Origin: Octopus vulgaris
Lineage: Eukaryota
DNA length: 64,000 nucleotides
Assembly: GCA_951406725.2 (NCBI GenBank)
Contig: OX597816.1
Span: 74,214,001 to 74,278,000, forward strand
Direction: 5' to 3'
A program made the position numbers and the translations under genes. Within the stretch, counting starts at the first letter, position 1. Every line of letters starts with the position of its first letter. Shown one piece after another: positions 42,452 through 53,261 of this stretch. The notes beneath the pieces were generated by a model. The model was not told the DNA's origin. It saw only the letters and a list, made by a program, of their open reading frames with translations, and did not search any database.

Positions 42452-42869
42452 CACAAAAAAAAACAAAAGACGAAGACAGGGGTGTAGACAACAGACAGAT
42501 GTATTAGTATAACGCCCGGGAAGTGAAAAAGTCTTTAACGTTTCGAGCCTATGCTCTTTCACAAAAAGGAACACAGAAAGAAACAAAGAGAGAAAATAAA
42601 GAATGTGTAGTGGCTAGCGATCTAGGAATAGAAAAAAATGGGACAAGAACGCAAAGCATCCAAACAGATGATACAAAAAAGGGACAGACGGGTCATTCAG
42701 AGTTTTCTTTCCTCAGTCGAGTTGCAATTTCGGCTGGTTATACTCGAAATTGCTCCAATCTGGCCAGCCCCAAAGAAAAACTAAGCTAACAGCACTAGAT
42801 TCCTTGGAAAGCAACGAGTGTATACGAAAACAAGGACGGAAAAAACGGAGAAATGGTACACAAAAAAAG

Positions 42870-43185
42870 GAGCACTCCATCGGTTACGACGACGAGGGTC
42901 CCAGCTGATAGGATCAACGGAACAGCTTGCTCGTGAAATTAACGTGCAGGTGACTGAGCAATCCACAGACACGTCTACCCCTAACGTAGTTTCACAGGGA
43001 GATTTAGCGTGATACAGACTGTGACAAAGCCGGCCCTTTGAAATACAGGTACAACTCATTTTTGCCTGCTGAGTGGACTGGAGCAACGTGAAATAAAGTG
43101 TCTTGCTCAAGGACACAACGCGTCGCCGGGAATTGAACTCACGACCTTACAATCGTGAGCCGAATGCCCTAACCACTAAGCCAAA
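42870..43185 (-). mobile_element. tRNA-derived SINE
   Basis: Reverse complement starts tggcttagtggttagggcattcggctcacgat...gagttcaattccc. Confidence 0.8.
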
Positions 43186-43604
43186 TGCAAATAACAGGAC
43201 ATTAACAACAGGTGTCTTTTGACTAAGGACGAATTAAATTAAGCTGGCGTGTGTGGAAGTGAAGCCTTACGGCAGGGGCATAAGGGATGACAGGCATGGG
43301 GAGAAATATAGATGTTGCATGGATGCTAGTCGAACGAAGAAAGGTCGAAGGATTAAAATATTTTGGCGACTTAAATAAGAGTTTGACTGTTATATCCAGC
43401 ATGTAGACATACTTAGTATATCCTTTGATTAATTTTAATCCTTCAGCTATTTAATGCTTTTGTTTTTGGTGGGCCTGCAACCGCCTATCTTATTGATTCT
43501 GTTATTATCATTTTTAAATTGTTACACTAGATAATAATAGAGCCAATGATATCGTCGCAAATTTTTTCCCGTGAATTAGTTTTTCCTCGTGAATTATTTG
43601 CTCC

Positions 43605-43758
<154 letters not shown>

Positions 43759-44098
43759 GGAGCAAATATTATTATCTAGTGTAACACATATATAGCTAAT
43801 TCATATAAACGAATAATAAAATAAAACAGACAACAAGAGGACGCTCGGTGAAAAGAGAGTTTGACATTCCCATTGCGAGCCTAGCTCTTCGTCGGAAAGG
43901 AGAAAAGAAAAAGGCCAAAGAAGGAAACGAAATCGCCATTAGCATGTGTGTAGCTACATTGCCGAAGCGACTGAAAGTAGAAAGACATAGAGAAAGTGGC
44001 TTCATGGGACAGGAGAGTGCCACGATGGTCAGTGTGTGTGTGTGTGTGTGCGTATGACGGGGTTGGAATGTATGTGTGTATGAGTGCATGTGTATGTC

Positions 44099-44144
<46 letters not shown>

Positions 44145-44179
44145 TACATACATACATACATACATACATACATACATAC

Positions 44180-44247
<68 letters not shown>

Positions 44248-44385
44248 ATGAGGTAGTTTTAGTGAAGCATTGTGAGGTATAACTTCAAAGAATGCACTTG
44301 TGTAAGGCCAGAACATTGCGAGAAGGTACAAAGTAAACAACAAAATGAAAAGAAAACAGAATACCGTTGCAGTTTTACTTTGTAT

Positions 44386-45200
44386 TTCTATATTTCGGGG
44401 TGAAAACCTCTTCTTCAGGACATTCGGAAAAGCGGTGGTTGGAAAAAGTCTGTGGCTAATGTTTGTGTGAGGGGAGGAAGAAGGAAGGTGATATGCGCTG
44501 ACCGTTGTTGCTATCGCAACCAGAGGGTTTCCATAATTCGGAGATAGGCCTATTGCGTTGAGTTGGCTTGATGCAAACTTTGAAATTCCGGGTTTGGTAC
44601 TTCCTAAGGTGTTTCTTTATCGAGGTGTCTGTCTGCATATCCTCCTTTATTCGGATGTGTAGTTTTCTGGTGGTGTTCCCTATGTAGGCTGTTCCAAGTT
44701 TATTGCAGACTACCTCGTATGCTACATAGGCCCTCGATCATATTTTGATGTCGTTGATGGGGCGGATGGTGAGTGTGCACCCCACGGTGCCTTCTGTGGT
44801 ATTTATCCTGGACAGAATTTTCCCTAGAGATGGACCGGTGTGTACCAACTTTATGGTAAATCCCTCCCCGCGGATGGCATGTTGGATAGCTGCTGTTGTT
44901 CTGTCGTCGAAGCAGAGCAGCCTAATGAAGCACTTTTCTGGTCTGATGTTATGGGCTTTTTTGTGTTGTTTACCCGCTTTTGTGTTTCGCGCATGCAGTC
45001 GTTTATCTGCAAATGGTGGATAGCCTTTGTGCGCTTAGTTCCTGAGGAGCCGCTTGGTGTTGGTGGCTGCGTCTGTCTCTTATGTTTGTGATTTTCTGTA
45101 TATATGCGGCTTTTACTCTGGTGGGCAGGGCTGATTCGTAATGTACGAACAGATTCCTACTGTTGGCAATATGTGTTTTTGTGGGGTCCGGGAGCGGCAG
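44386..45200 (-). mobile_element. Penelope-like element relic: GIY-YIG region plus downstream minimal hammerhead (44386-44421)
   Basis: YVAYEVVCNKLGTAYIGNTTRKLHIRIKE; GUC-CUGAAGA-A-GAGG-UUUUCA-CCCC-GAAA-UA-UA-GAA. Confidence 0.8.
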
Positions 45201-45586
45201 ACGGAAGGGCCGCGTCGGGCGGTACACATTCGAGCCACGCTAGTGGATTGATCGCAATGCATTGTGGGATATAACATCGACAAAATAAACAGTCAATCTC
45301 AATGTCAGTTTTACAATGCTACTGTTACTAACATTGCCCCATTTGATTTTTATGGTGCTTACATACGTCTGAATGAGTCGTTCTCAACTGGGCTCCATAT
45401 GACCCCTATGATCTCTATAAGATTTTGGGAGTTCACGCAAGCAGTATATTAAGGGTTCGTGTAAAAAAATTTACATAAAATGTAAGAAACAGCTGGGTTT
45501 CTTTCTCCGACATTTAACATAGTTCAACCTACATAAGTTAATGCGTGAAAAGTAAAAAATAAATTTTGAAAGCGGTATCTATAAAC

Positions 45587-46311
45587 CAGTGGCGGCTCGT
45601 AGATAAAGTTAGTGGGGGTGCTGCTTCAGAAAATTTTCAGCCGTTGTTTTAATATTGTGTAAAAGGAAACAAACATATAAAAAGAAAATTCACACATAAA
45701 CTTGATCGGTTCGCGTTTTAGCCACTGCCGAGTAGTGTGTTTAATTTGTTCACAGAACACCGCCGCGAATTCCCCCTTGTTTTTCAAAAATCCCTACTAA
45801 ATTACAAAATAAGGAAGGGAAATGTGCCCTATTTTTCAAATCCTGACATCTACACTGAAGCTGGAAGTAGGATAATAATCTAATTCTACACTTTATCACA
45901 TTCAAGAATATAAACATGTTTTTAAGCACAACACTCGCGGAGTCAAAAAGAAACTACCTTTCATACGGCACTGTCGTTCACGCAGTGCACTCTCTCTCTC
46001 TCTCTCTCTCACTCACTCACTCTCCCTCCCCCCCTCTCTCTCTAGTGTGAAGTTTCCTATATCGGACAAGTAAGCATGCGCACAACAGCCAAACACCACG
46101 TCGCTGGAACTGTGAAGTGCACAGTTCTATGCAAGGATTTTTGTATTTTTTCATAAACTAGGGGATGGTTTCTAACATTAAGCTTAAGGATTATATAATG
46201 TACAAGTATAAAGAAAGAATTAAAGAAGAAAGGACTCATTATATTGAATGTTATCGATAATATCGAGTGGAAATAGGGAGTGCTGCAGTTCCTCTACACG
46301 AGCCACCACTG
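45587..46311. mobile_element. Non-autonomous hAT-like element
   Basis: TIRs cagtggcggctcgt / acgagccaccactg; flanks ctataaac / ctataagg (decayed 8-bp TSD). Confidence 0.7.
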
Positions 46312-46319
46312 CTATAAGG

Positions 46320-46980
46320 CTAGTTTGATTTTGTAGGCCCCGTAGATGAGCTGCTTGTGGACAATGGTACTGCGTTTCGCTCGGAGGTGCTGAGGGAAAT
46401 GCTCGACAAGTGACATGTTAGCCGTTTCTTCAGAGCAGCATACCGGCCAAGTGGCAATGGAGTTGTGGAGAGGCATCATCGCACCATCAATACCACAGCA
46501 GAGAGGGGCCACATCTCACCGTTCGAGGCCGTTTTTTGGTATAATATGTCGCCCAGATCAGGACAGGCTGAGGAGACGGTTCCACACAGGGCAATATTCA
46601 AGTACGAGTGGAGACATCCATGTACTGCATCGCCGCAACCCACAGAAAAGAAAGAGCATGCCTTGGTGTAGGTCAGAGAAGTCTGGGTTAAACCCCCAAA
46701 AGCGTGGTGCACATCACAATGAGGAAAGGGGACAATTCAAGGAACAATGTCTCCGTAGATGGCACGCCATGTCATATTTTGGATGTGCGCAGGATCATCA
46801 CTGCGTCGAAGAATGGAGCCAACAGTAATGGACAAGAGGATGAAGCCGACAGTAAAATGCCAGAGACTGAGGCCATCCTGAAGTCCCTCGGTGGCTGCAG
46901 AGGGAACTGTGCCCTCCTCACTGGTTGGCTGATTATGAGACAAGTTAAGGTGTATGGTCAGGGTTGAGAAGAGGGCGTGG
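46320..46980 (+). pseudogene. Gypsy-type LTR retrotransposon integrase relic
   Basis: ELLVDNGTAFRSE...AAYRPSGNGVVERHHRTI...AVFWYN; purine tract near 46960-46978. Confidence 0.8.
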
Positions 46981-47979
46981 GCAGGTAGGTTGAATGATCT
47001 TCAGATCAGCGGGCGTGTGGTGTTATCAGCCAGGCTGTGTTGTAGAGAAGGACCGGAAATGATAGGGTGTGCATGTCCTGTCGGAAGTGCGGCCTGTAGG
47101 TCCCACCGGAAGGGTCACGGTGGGCATGCGGGGTCGGCGAGGCATGGGCGGTCAGTTGGCAGTGGACAGCGTACGAGAGCAGACCTGTTAGACGGTACGG
47201 CGGCAGACAGAGCATGTGGACGGTGTGAGTGACCCTTCCAGATAGACAGGTAAGACCACCGTAATTCTCTCGCTGCTTCCGTCTTTTCCTCCTTCACATC
47301 AGAGTTTTTAAACATCGAATGGCTGTTGGGGTCCACCAGAGTAAAATAGTAACCAAAGGGGTCCATAGGTTAAAAGAATGGTAGAAAACCACTAATCTAG
47401 AATGGACTGAGTCGTTGAGAGTTAATGCTACAGGTCCCATCGACTGCTCTCGGTTTGAGAAAGGAAGGTAGATATGTAAATAAAAAAACAAAACAAATTG
47501 ATATCGTAATGTTGAAGTGACTTTTGTCGATATTAGACTTTTTTTGACTATGTAGCATTTTCCATCGTTTTATGGTTACGAATCCATCGAAGTATGTTTG
47601 GAATAAGACGTCAACAATAAATGCTAACCAAAAATGTACACAAACGCACATTTGAAGGAGCCGAAACGAATAAGTGAAGCCAGTTTATTACTATTTCAGA
47701 AGTACAATAAAAGTTGTTAAAAACCAAAGTAACACTACAGATTGGTCAACAACGTATAAAGATTTGTTGAACGACAATCATAAAACTGTCATCTGCCGGA
47801 GTAAATGATAAAAGATTAAAAAGAGACACTTGCTGAGATTCGAGTCATAAGCGTTATATGTAAAGTGGGTTTTCTGTTGGAACGCACAGATAAATACGAC
47901 AGTCATATTGTTTTTGATGTTGGTGTTGCCGTTGTTTTGATTTTTAACTGTTGGTAAGGAGTGGGAGTATTCTATATGA

Positions 47980-48011
<32 letters not shown>

Positions 48012-48265
48012 TCTTTTAGTTTTTTTAATTGCTTCATCATTTGACTGCGGCCACGTTGGAGCACCGCCATACTGGAGCAACGCCTTTAGTCGAGAAAATC
48101 GCCCCCAGTACTTATTGTTTGTAAGCCTAGTATTTATTCTATCGGTCACTTTTGCCGAACCGCTATGTTACGGGGACGTAAACACACCAGCATCGGTGGT
48201 CAAACGATGGTGGGAGGGCAAACACAGACACACAAACATAAACACACACACACACACACACATAC

Positions 48266-48641
48266 GACAGGCCTCTTTCAGTTTCCGTTTACCAAATCCA
48301 CTTATAAGACTTTGGTCGGCCCGAGAAGACACTTGCCCAAGGTGCCACGCTGTGGGACTGAACCCGGAACCATGTGCTTGGTAAGCAAGCTACTTACCAC
48401 ACAGCCACCCTTCCGCATATATATCATGTGCTTGGTAAGCAAGCTACTTACCACACAGCCACCCTTCCGCATATATATATATATATATATATGCGGAAGG
48501 GTGGCTGTGTGGTAAGTAGCTTGCTTACCAAGCACATGGTTCCGGGTTCAGTCCCACAGCGTGGCACCTTGGGCAAGTGTCTTCTCGGGCCGACCAAAGT
48601 CTTATAAGTGGATTTGGTAAACGGAAACTGAAAGAGGCCTG

Positions 48642-48643
<2 letters not shown>
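48266..48643. repeat. Inverted duplication of a SINE segment centred on a TA tract
   Basis: 48266-48418 is mirrored at 48491-48643 including copy-specific changes; extra 45-bp direct duplicate at 48426-48470. Confidence 0.9.
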
Positions 48644-48696
<53 letters not shown>

Positions 48697-48700
<4 letters not shown>

Positions 48701-49365
48701 AAATATTGAGTTTCTAAATCTCTCGTAGAGAGGTGTACGGTGGTGGAGCGATATACTGTCAATCTAACAAGAACGTGACAGTAGGGGGTACACCACCGTT
48801 ATATAGCCCTAGGAGGCATCGAACGCCTCCTGACAGCTTCGACACATTTTATCCTGTGTCCTTATATACACATACGAAGGGGAGACAAACACCCCCAACC
48901 GCCGGAACTGCATCTAGGGACACCGTGTTTCAGGATCATTGTCCTTCATCGGCCTAGAGTAGCAGACACCGGTCAGCTGGTGATATCTGTCTCGACTTCG
49001 TATTCGTATATATCTATAGTCAGTGAAGTCTATTCACTGATTATCAACATAAGAAATATTGAGTTTCTAAATCTCTCGTAGAGAGGTGTACGGTGGTGGA
49101 GCGATATAATGGTTGTATACTGTCAATCTAACAAGAACGTGACAGTAGCGGGTACACCACCGTTATATAGCCCTAGAAGGACAATGATCCTGAAACACGG
49201 TGTCCCTAGCGGCGGTTGGGGGTGTTTGTCTCCCCTTCGTATGTGTATATAAGGACACAGGATAAAATGTGTCGAAGCTGTCAGGAGGCGTTCGATGCCT
49301 CCTAGGGCTATATAACGGTGGTGTACCCCCTACTGTCACGTTCTTGTTAGATTGACAGTATACAA

Positions 49366-49368
<3 letters not shown>
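48697..49368. mobile_element. Retrozyme-like array: ~353-364-bp unit, ~1.35 copies (-) joined to a partial inverted copy (+)
   Basis: Direct repeat 48697/49050; inversion junction at 49176/49177; flanked by (TA)n. Confidence 0.9.
48913..48958 (-). ncRNA. Type I hammerhead, U4C core variant
   Basis: UCUAGG-CCGAUGA-AGGA-CAAUGA-UCCU-GAAA-CACGGUG-UC-CCUAGA; perfect 6-bp stem I and 4-bp stem II. Confidence 0.8.
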
Positions 49369-49425
<57 letters not shown>

Positions 49426-49694
49426 AAAGGGCTTAGTAAAATAAATTACTTTGCCACATACTGAACTCATTAGAAATAGTAGCTAAAAAAACTTTTTTAA
49501 AACTATTTCTAATACTTAAAGAAAATCTCTCTCGTGGCAAAGTAATTTATTTTACTAAGCCCTTTTATATAATGTAATAATTTGAATTCGCCTTAAATGG
49601 TCCCTTTGCATACTGAATACTTGGTGAAATTGATTAATAATTAATTAATTTTACCCTCAATTGTTGAAATTATATATATATATATATATATTAT

Positions 49695-49856
49695 CTAGTA
49701 TTTATTACTGAACTGAACGACATCCATTTCCAAGTAAGTTTATTTTCGCCTTTTTGATGCGACTCTCTTCATATACTGTTTTCTTCCTTCATCCTTCTCT
49801 AATTCCTATTTCTCCCCCTTCCTCATTCACCGTTTTCTATTTGTCTGTCTGTCTCC

Positions 49857-49898
<42 letters not shown>

Positions 49899-50335
49899 GC
49901 TCACACATGACCATCGTTCATCTTTCTTTTCCTACACGGACGTTCAAAGGACTGGACGTTTTTTCCCCTCTCTCTTCTCTCTTTTCTCTTTTCAAAGAAA
50001 ATATTTCTCCCAGTGTTCACTATTTTCCTCTCGTCTTGGTCTAACGATCGTCCATGTTTATTTTCGTTCGGTTTCCTTGTATGTCTCCATTTTCATGTTT
50101 TTGTTCCCAACTTTGAACCTCCATAAATCCTAAATTTTATTTTAGAATTTATGGGAGCAACTGTCTTTGAAGACTCATATTGTCTTTGAATGCTCGAAAT
50201 GAGGAGTAGATAGACAGCCGATAACTGATGAGGCGTGCTTTCTTTGTGCTTGTCCCGTTTTCCAGTTTTTTCGCATTGTTTATATATTTCCAACCGTTTG
50301 AACAGTTGGTGACGTCCTGTACCTATATATGCATA
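49695..50335 (+). mobile_element. ~640-bp non-coding element carrying a permuted hammerhead (50174-50236)
   Basis: CUCA-UA-UUGUC...AUGCUC-GAAA-UGAG-GAGUAG...GAUAA-CUGAUGA-GGCGU; same termini as 13505-14140. Confidence 0.7.
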
Positions 50336-50754
50336 TATACTCTCTTTACTCTTTTACTCTTTTACTTGTTTCAGTCATTTGACTGCGGCCATGCTGGAGC
50401 ACCGCCTTTAGTCGAGCAAATCGACCCCAGGACTTATTCTTTTGTAAGCCCAGTACTTATTCTATCGGTCTCTTTTGCCGAACCGCTAAGTGACGGGGAC
50501 GTAAACACGCCAGCATCGGTTGTCAAGCAATGCTAGGGGGACAAACACAGACACACAAACATACACACACATATATATATATACATACATATATACGACG
50601 GGCTTCTTTCAGTTTCCGTCTACCAAATCCACTCACAAGGCTTTGGTTGGCCCGAGGCTATAGTAGAAGACACTTGCCCAAGATGCCACGCAGTGGGACT
50701 GAACCCGGAACCATGTGGTTAGTAAGCAAGCTACTTACCACACAGCCACTCCTG

Positions 50755-51147
50755 TATCGCCCGGCGTTGCTCGGGTTTGTAAGGGAAATAACTATATAAG
50801 CATTTTTAGAGATGTAAAGTATAATAGCCATCTCAATATGGCTAACCACAAAGGGGGGAGGGGGTTACTGTAGCTTTTTACGTTCTGAGATTTAATAATA
50901 AATTTTTAGAGAGTTACTTCCCTTATATATGCCAAAAGTGCATTAAAAATGGGAAAAATTGATGGTAAATTATTTTTAAAATCGTAGACTCATCGTAAAC
51001 GCGCGCTAATACCCAGAAGGGCTCGATATGAATCACGACTATAAGATACCCGGATTTGGTTAAACTGCACCGCAAAATGTGGGAGTAGTTAGGAATCTAA
51101 ATCGTTGGAGACAGACAGCACACAACCTTACTTTTATATATAAAGAT
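50755..51147 (-). mobile_element. Non-autonomous Helitron-like element
   Basis: Minus strand begins TCtttatatataaaa..tgtctgtc and ends cccgagcaacgccggg (same hairpin as near 32895). Confidence 0.6.
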
Positions 51148-51187
51148 ATATATATACATATATACATATACATGTATACATACATAT

Positions 51188-51685
51188 ACGAGAGACGTTC
51201 AATAAATAATGCCCCTGACCCACTTGCACTTGTTTGATCTAGCTGAAATTTTCCGTGTGCAATTATTTATATCTCTATAGATTACGTGGTAAATTACAGC
51301 TCTGAACTAATTGTGGTTTCTGATTTACAGGTGTTTGAACTGAGTCAAGTGTGAAATGGAGCCTGTTAAGTGTCGAGCAGTGATCCGGTTTTTTGTATTT
51401 GAAAGGACGCACACCACGGGAGACTTTTGATGAAATGAAAGTAACTTATGGTGATGATGTTCCATCATATGACCTTGTAAAACGCTGGCATCGTAAATTC
51501 AAACATGGTCGGAAACTCTGTGGAAACAGCTCCCAGATCTGGTCGCCCCCTTCTGTTATTGATGAGGCATCTGTCCGTCAAGTTGAGGCTGCCATTTTGG
51601 AAGATCGACGCATAACTATTCGTCAAATAGCCCATGAGGTCAAGATTAGTACCGGGTCTGTGGAAACTATCATTCATGACCATAA
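51188..51685 (+). pseudogene. Mariner transposon 5' fragment (TIR plus HTH domain)
   Basis: TA-cgagagacgttcaataaataa end; MEPVKCRAVIRFLYLKGRTPRETFDEMKVTYGDDVPSYDLVKRWHRKFKHGR...EDRRITIRQIA. Confidence 0.85.
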
Positions 51686-52118
51686 TAGTTCCCTCTGTAG
51701 GTCTCCGACCATGCTGGAGCATTGCGTTAATTTGTTTCCTTTCAGTTCTGTTGCCGCTTTATGACTGGAAATCGGTCCATGGTTGAGTTTATAGCAGCTG
51801 ATCTTCCCCGAGTGCATCCTTGAATGCTCGGCTGGTGTGGTATCGTCCTTAGGAGTTTGTCCAATGTTTTGTTTTTAATGCTTCAGTAGAGGTCTCTTTC
51901 ATATTTCTGATTTCGTTCGGTTGGCAGTTGAACAATTGAGGGCCTCTAAATACCAGACTGGTACAATAGTTTTCCTCCGAACCCGCGGGGAATGGATACT
52001 TCTTGGTAAGTCAGGTGCCATCCTAATCAAAACCACGCCACCAACATTTCTTACCGAAGGAAGAAATACTCGGAAACGAGGAAGAGTCACGATGTGTGTG
52101 TGTGTGTGTGTGTGTGTG

Positions 52119-52805
52119 CAGGGCCGGCTCAAGGTACTGGCAACTCGGGCAATCATCCGTGGTGCCATGTGCTTTTTACTCTACATTTTCAGTTTTTCTC
52201 TTTGTGATAGATTTTTTTAAAATTATCCTTGTAAGGGCACCGACAACCCTTGGGCCGGCCACGAAATTTTTTCCCACGAGAGTTCCGGATCCCAGTTATA
52301 AACTCATTTGCTTACAGCCAATCAGAGCTCAACTATCAAACTAATTTATGAGCACATAACAAGTGATGGGCGATAAGATAAGGTCACTTAGTTAAGGAAT
52401 GACCATGTTTCTTTTCTCTTTTAAGAATGCTTGTTGTTCTTGTTCTTCTTTCAACCATGGCTGCCTCTGTGTAGTTATTTGTGTTGTTGTTTACTTTGTA
52501 AAACTGTTTGGGGAGAGGGTTACTAGCACATCACCCTCTACCCACATTTTCCCCATCCACATCTTTACCATATGGGGCCCTAACAAAATCCGATAATAGG
52601 TATAGATGTAAATCTGTTTAATTACTTGTCTCCTTCTAAAATCAGGCATAACTTGGCGATCGGTCGTCATGAGTTTTCTTGGTGGAGTGTGCTTGTTGTC
52701 TTGACAACAAGGTCAAGGTGAGCTCTGATTGTCTGTGTGAGTAAATGAGTTCATTACTGGGGCCTGGAACACTTGTTGGGGAAAAAATTTCGCAGGCCGG
52801 CCCTG
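52119..52805. mobile_element. hAT-type MITE
   Basis: TIRs cagggccggc / gccggccctg; subterminal gaaattttttccc / gggaaaaaatttc. Confidence 0.7.
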
Positions 52806-53261
52806 TGCACGCGCGCGCACGTGTGTGTCTTCTCTTTCTCTCTTTTTAATTTAGAATACTTTTTGACTGACCACCTGCTTTGTAGCAAGATTGTGAAAGA
52901 ATTTTTTCTTGTTTTGTACGACATCCTTTAAATCATAGGTGGGGCGGTCCAGGTGGTCGCTGGTGCCTAAGAGGAAAGGGAGGCGTTGGGAGGAAGGCGG
53001 TAAATTGGGGTCGCTATGAATTTATTATAATATTATTATTGTATTGTATACAAATTATATAATATATTAAATATAAAATGATTCAAAGTATATATAAATT
53101 AGTAAAATATAGAATTTTTATTTATACATAAAAATAGGGGTGGGGCGCTGAGGGTCTTAGGATGGTGGCCCAAAAAGTTCGACAACCTTTGTTTTAAATC
53201 TTAAGAATGTCTTGCACATTTTTATTGTCCCAGACATCGCGATCATTTGTAGTGCATGAAT

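Noticed and set aside
42724-42780. Another permuted hammerhead copy
   Set aside because: No CUGANGA and three nucleotides where a single H is needed; kept only as a pseudoknot candidate.
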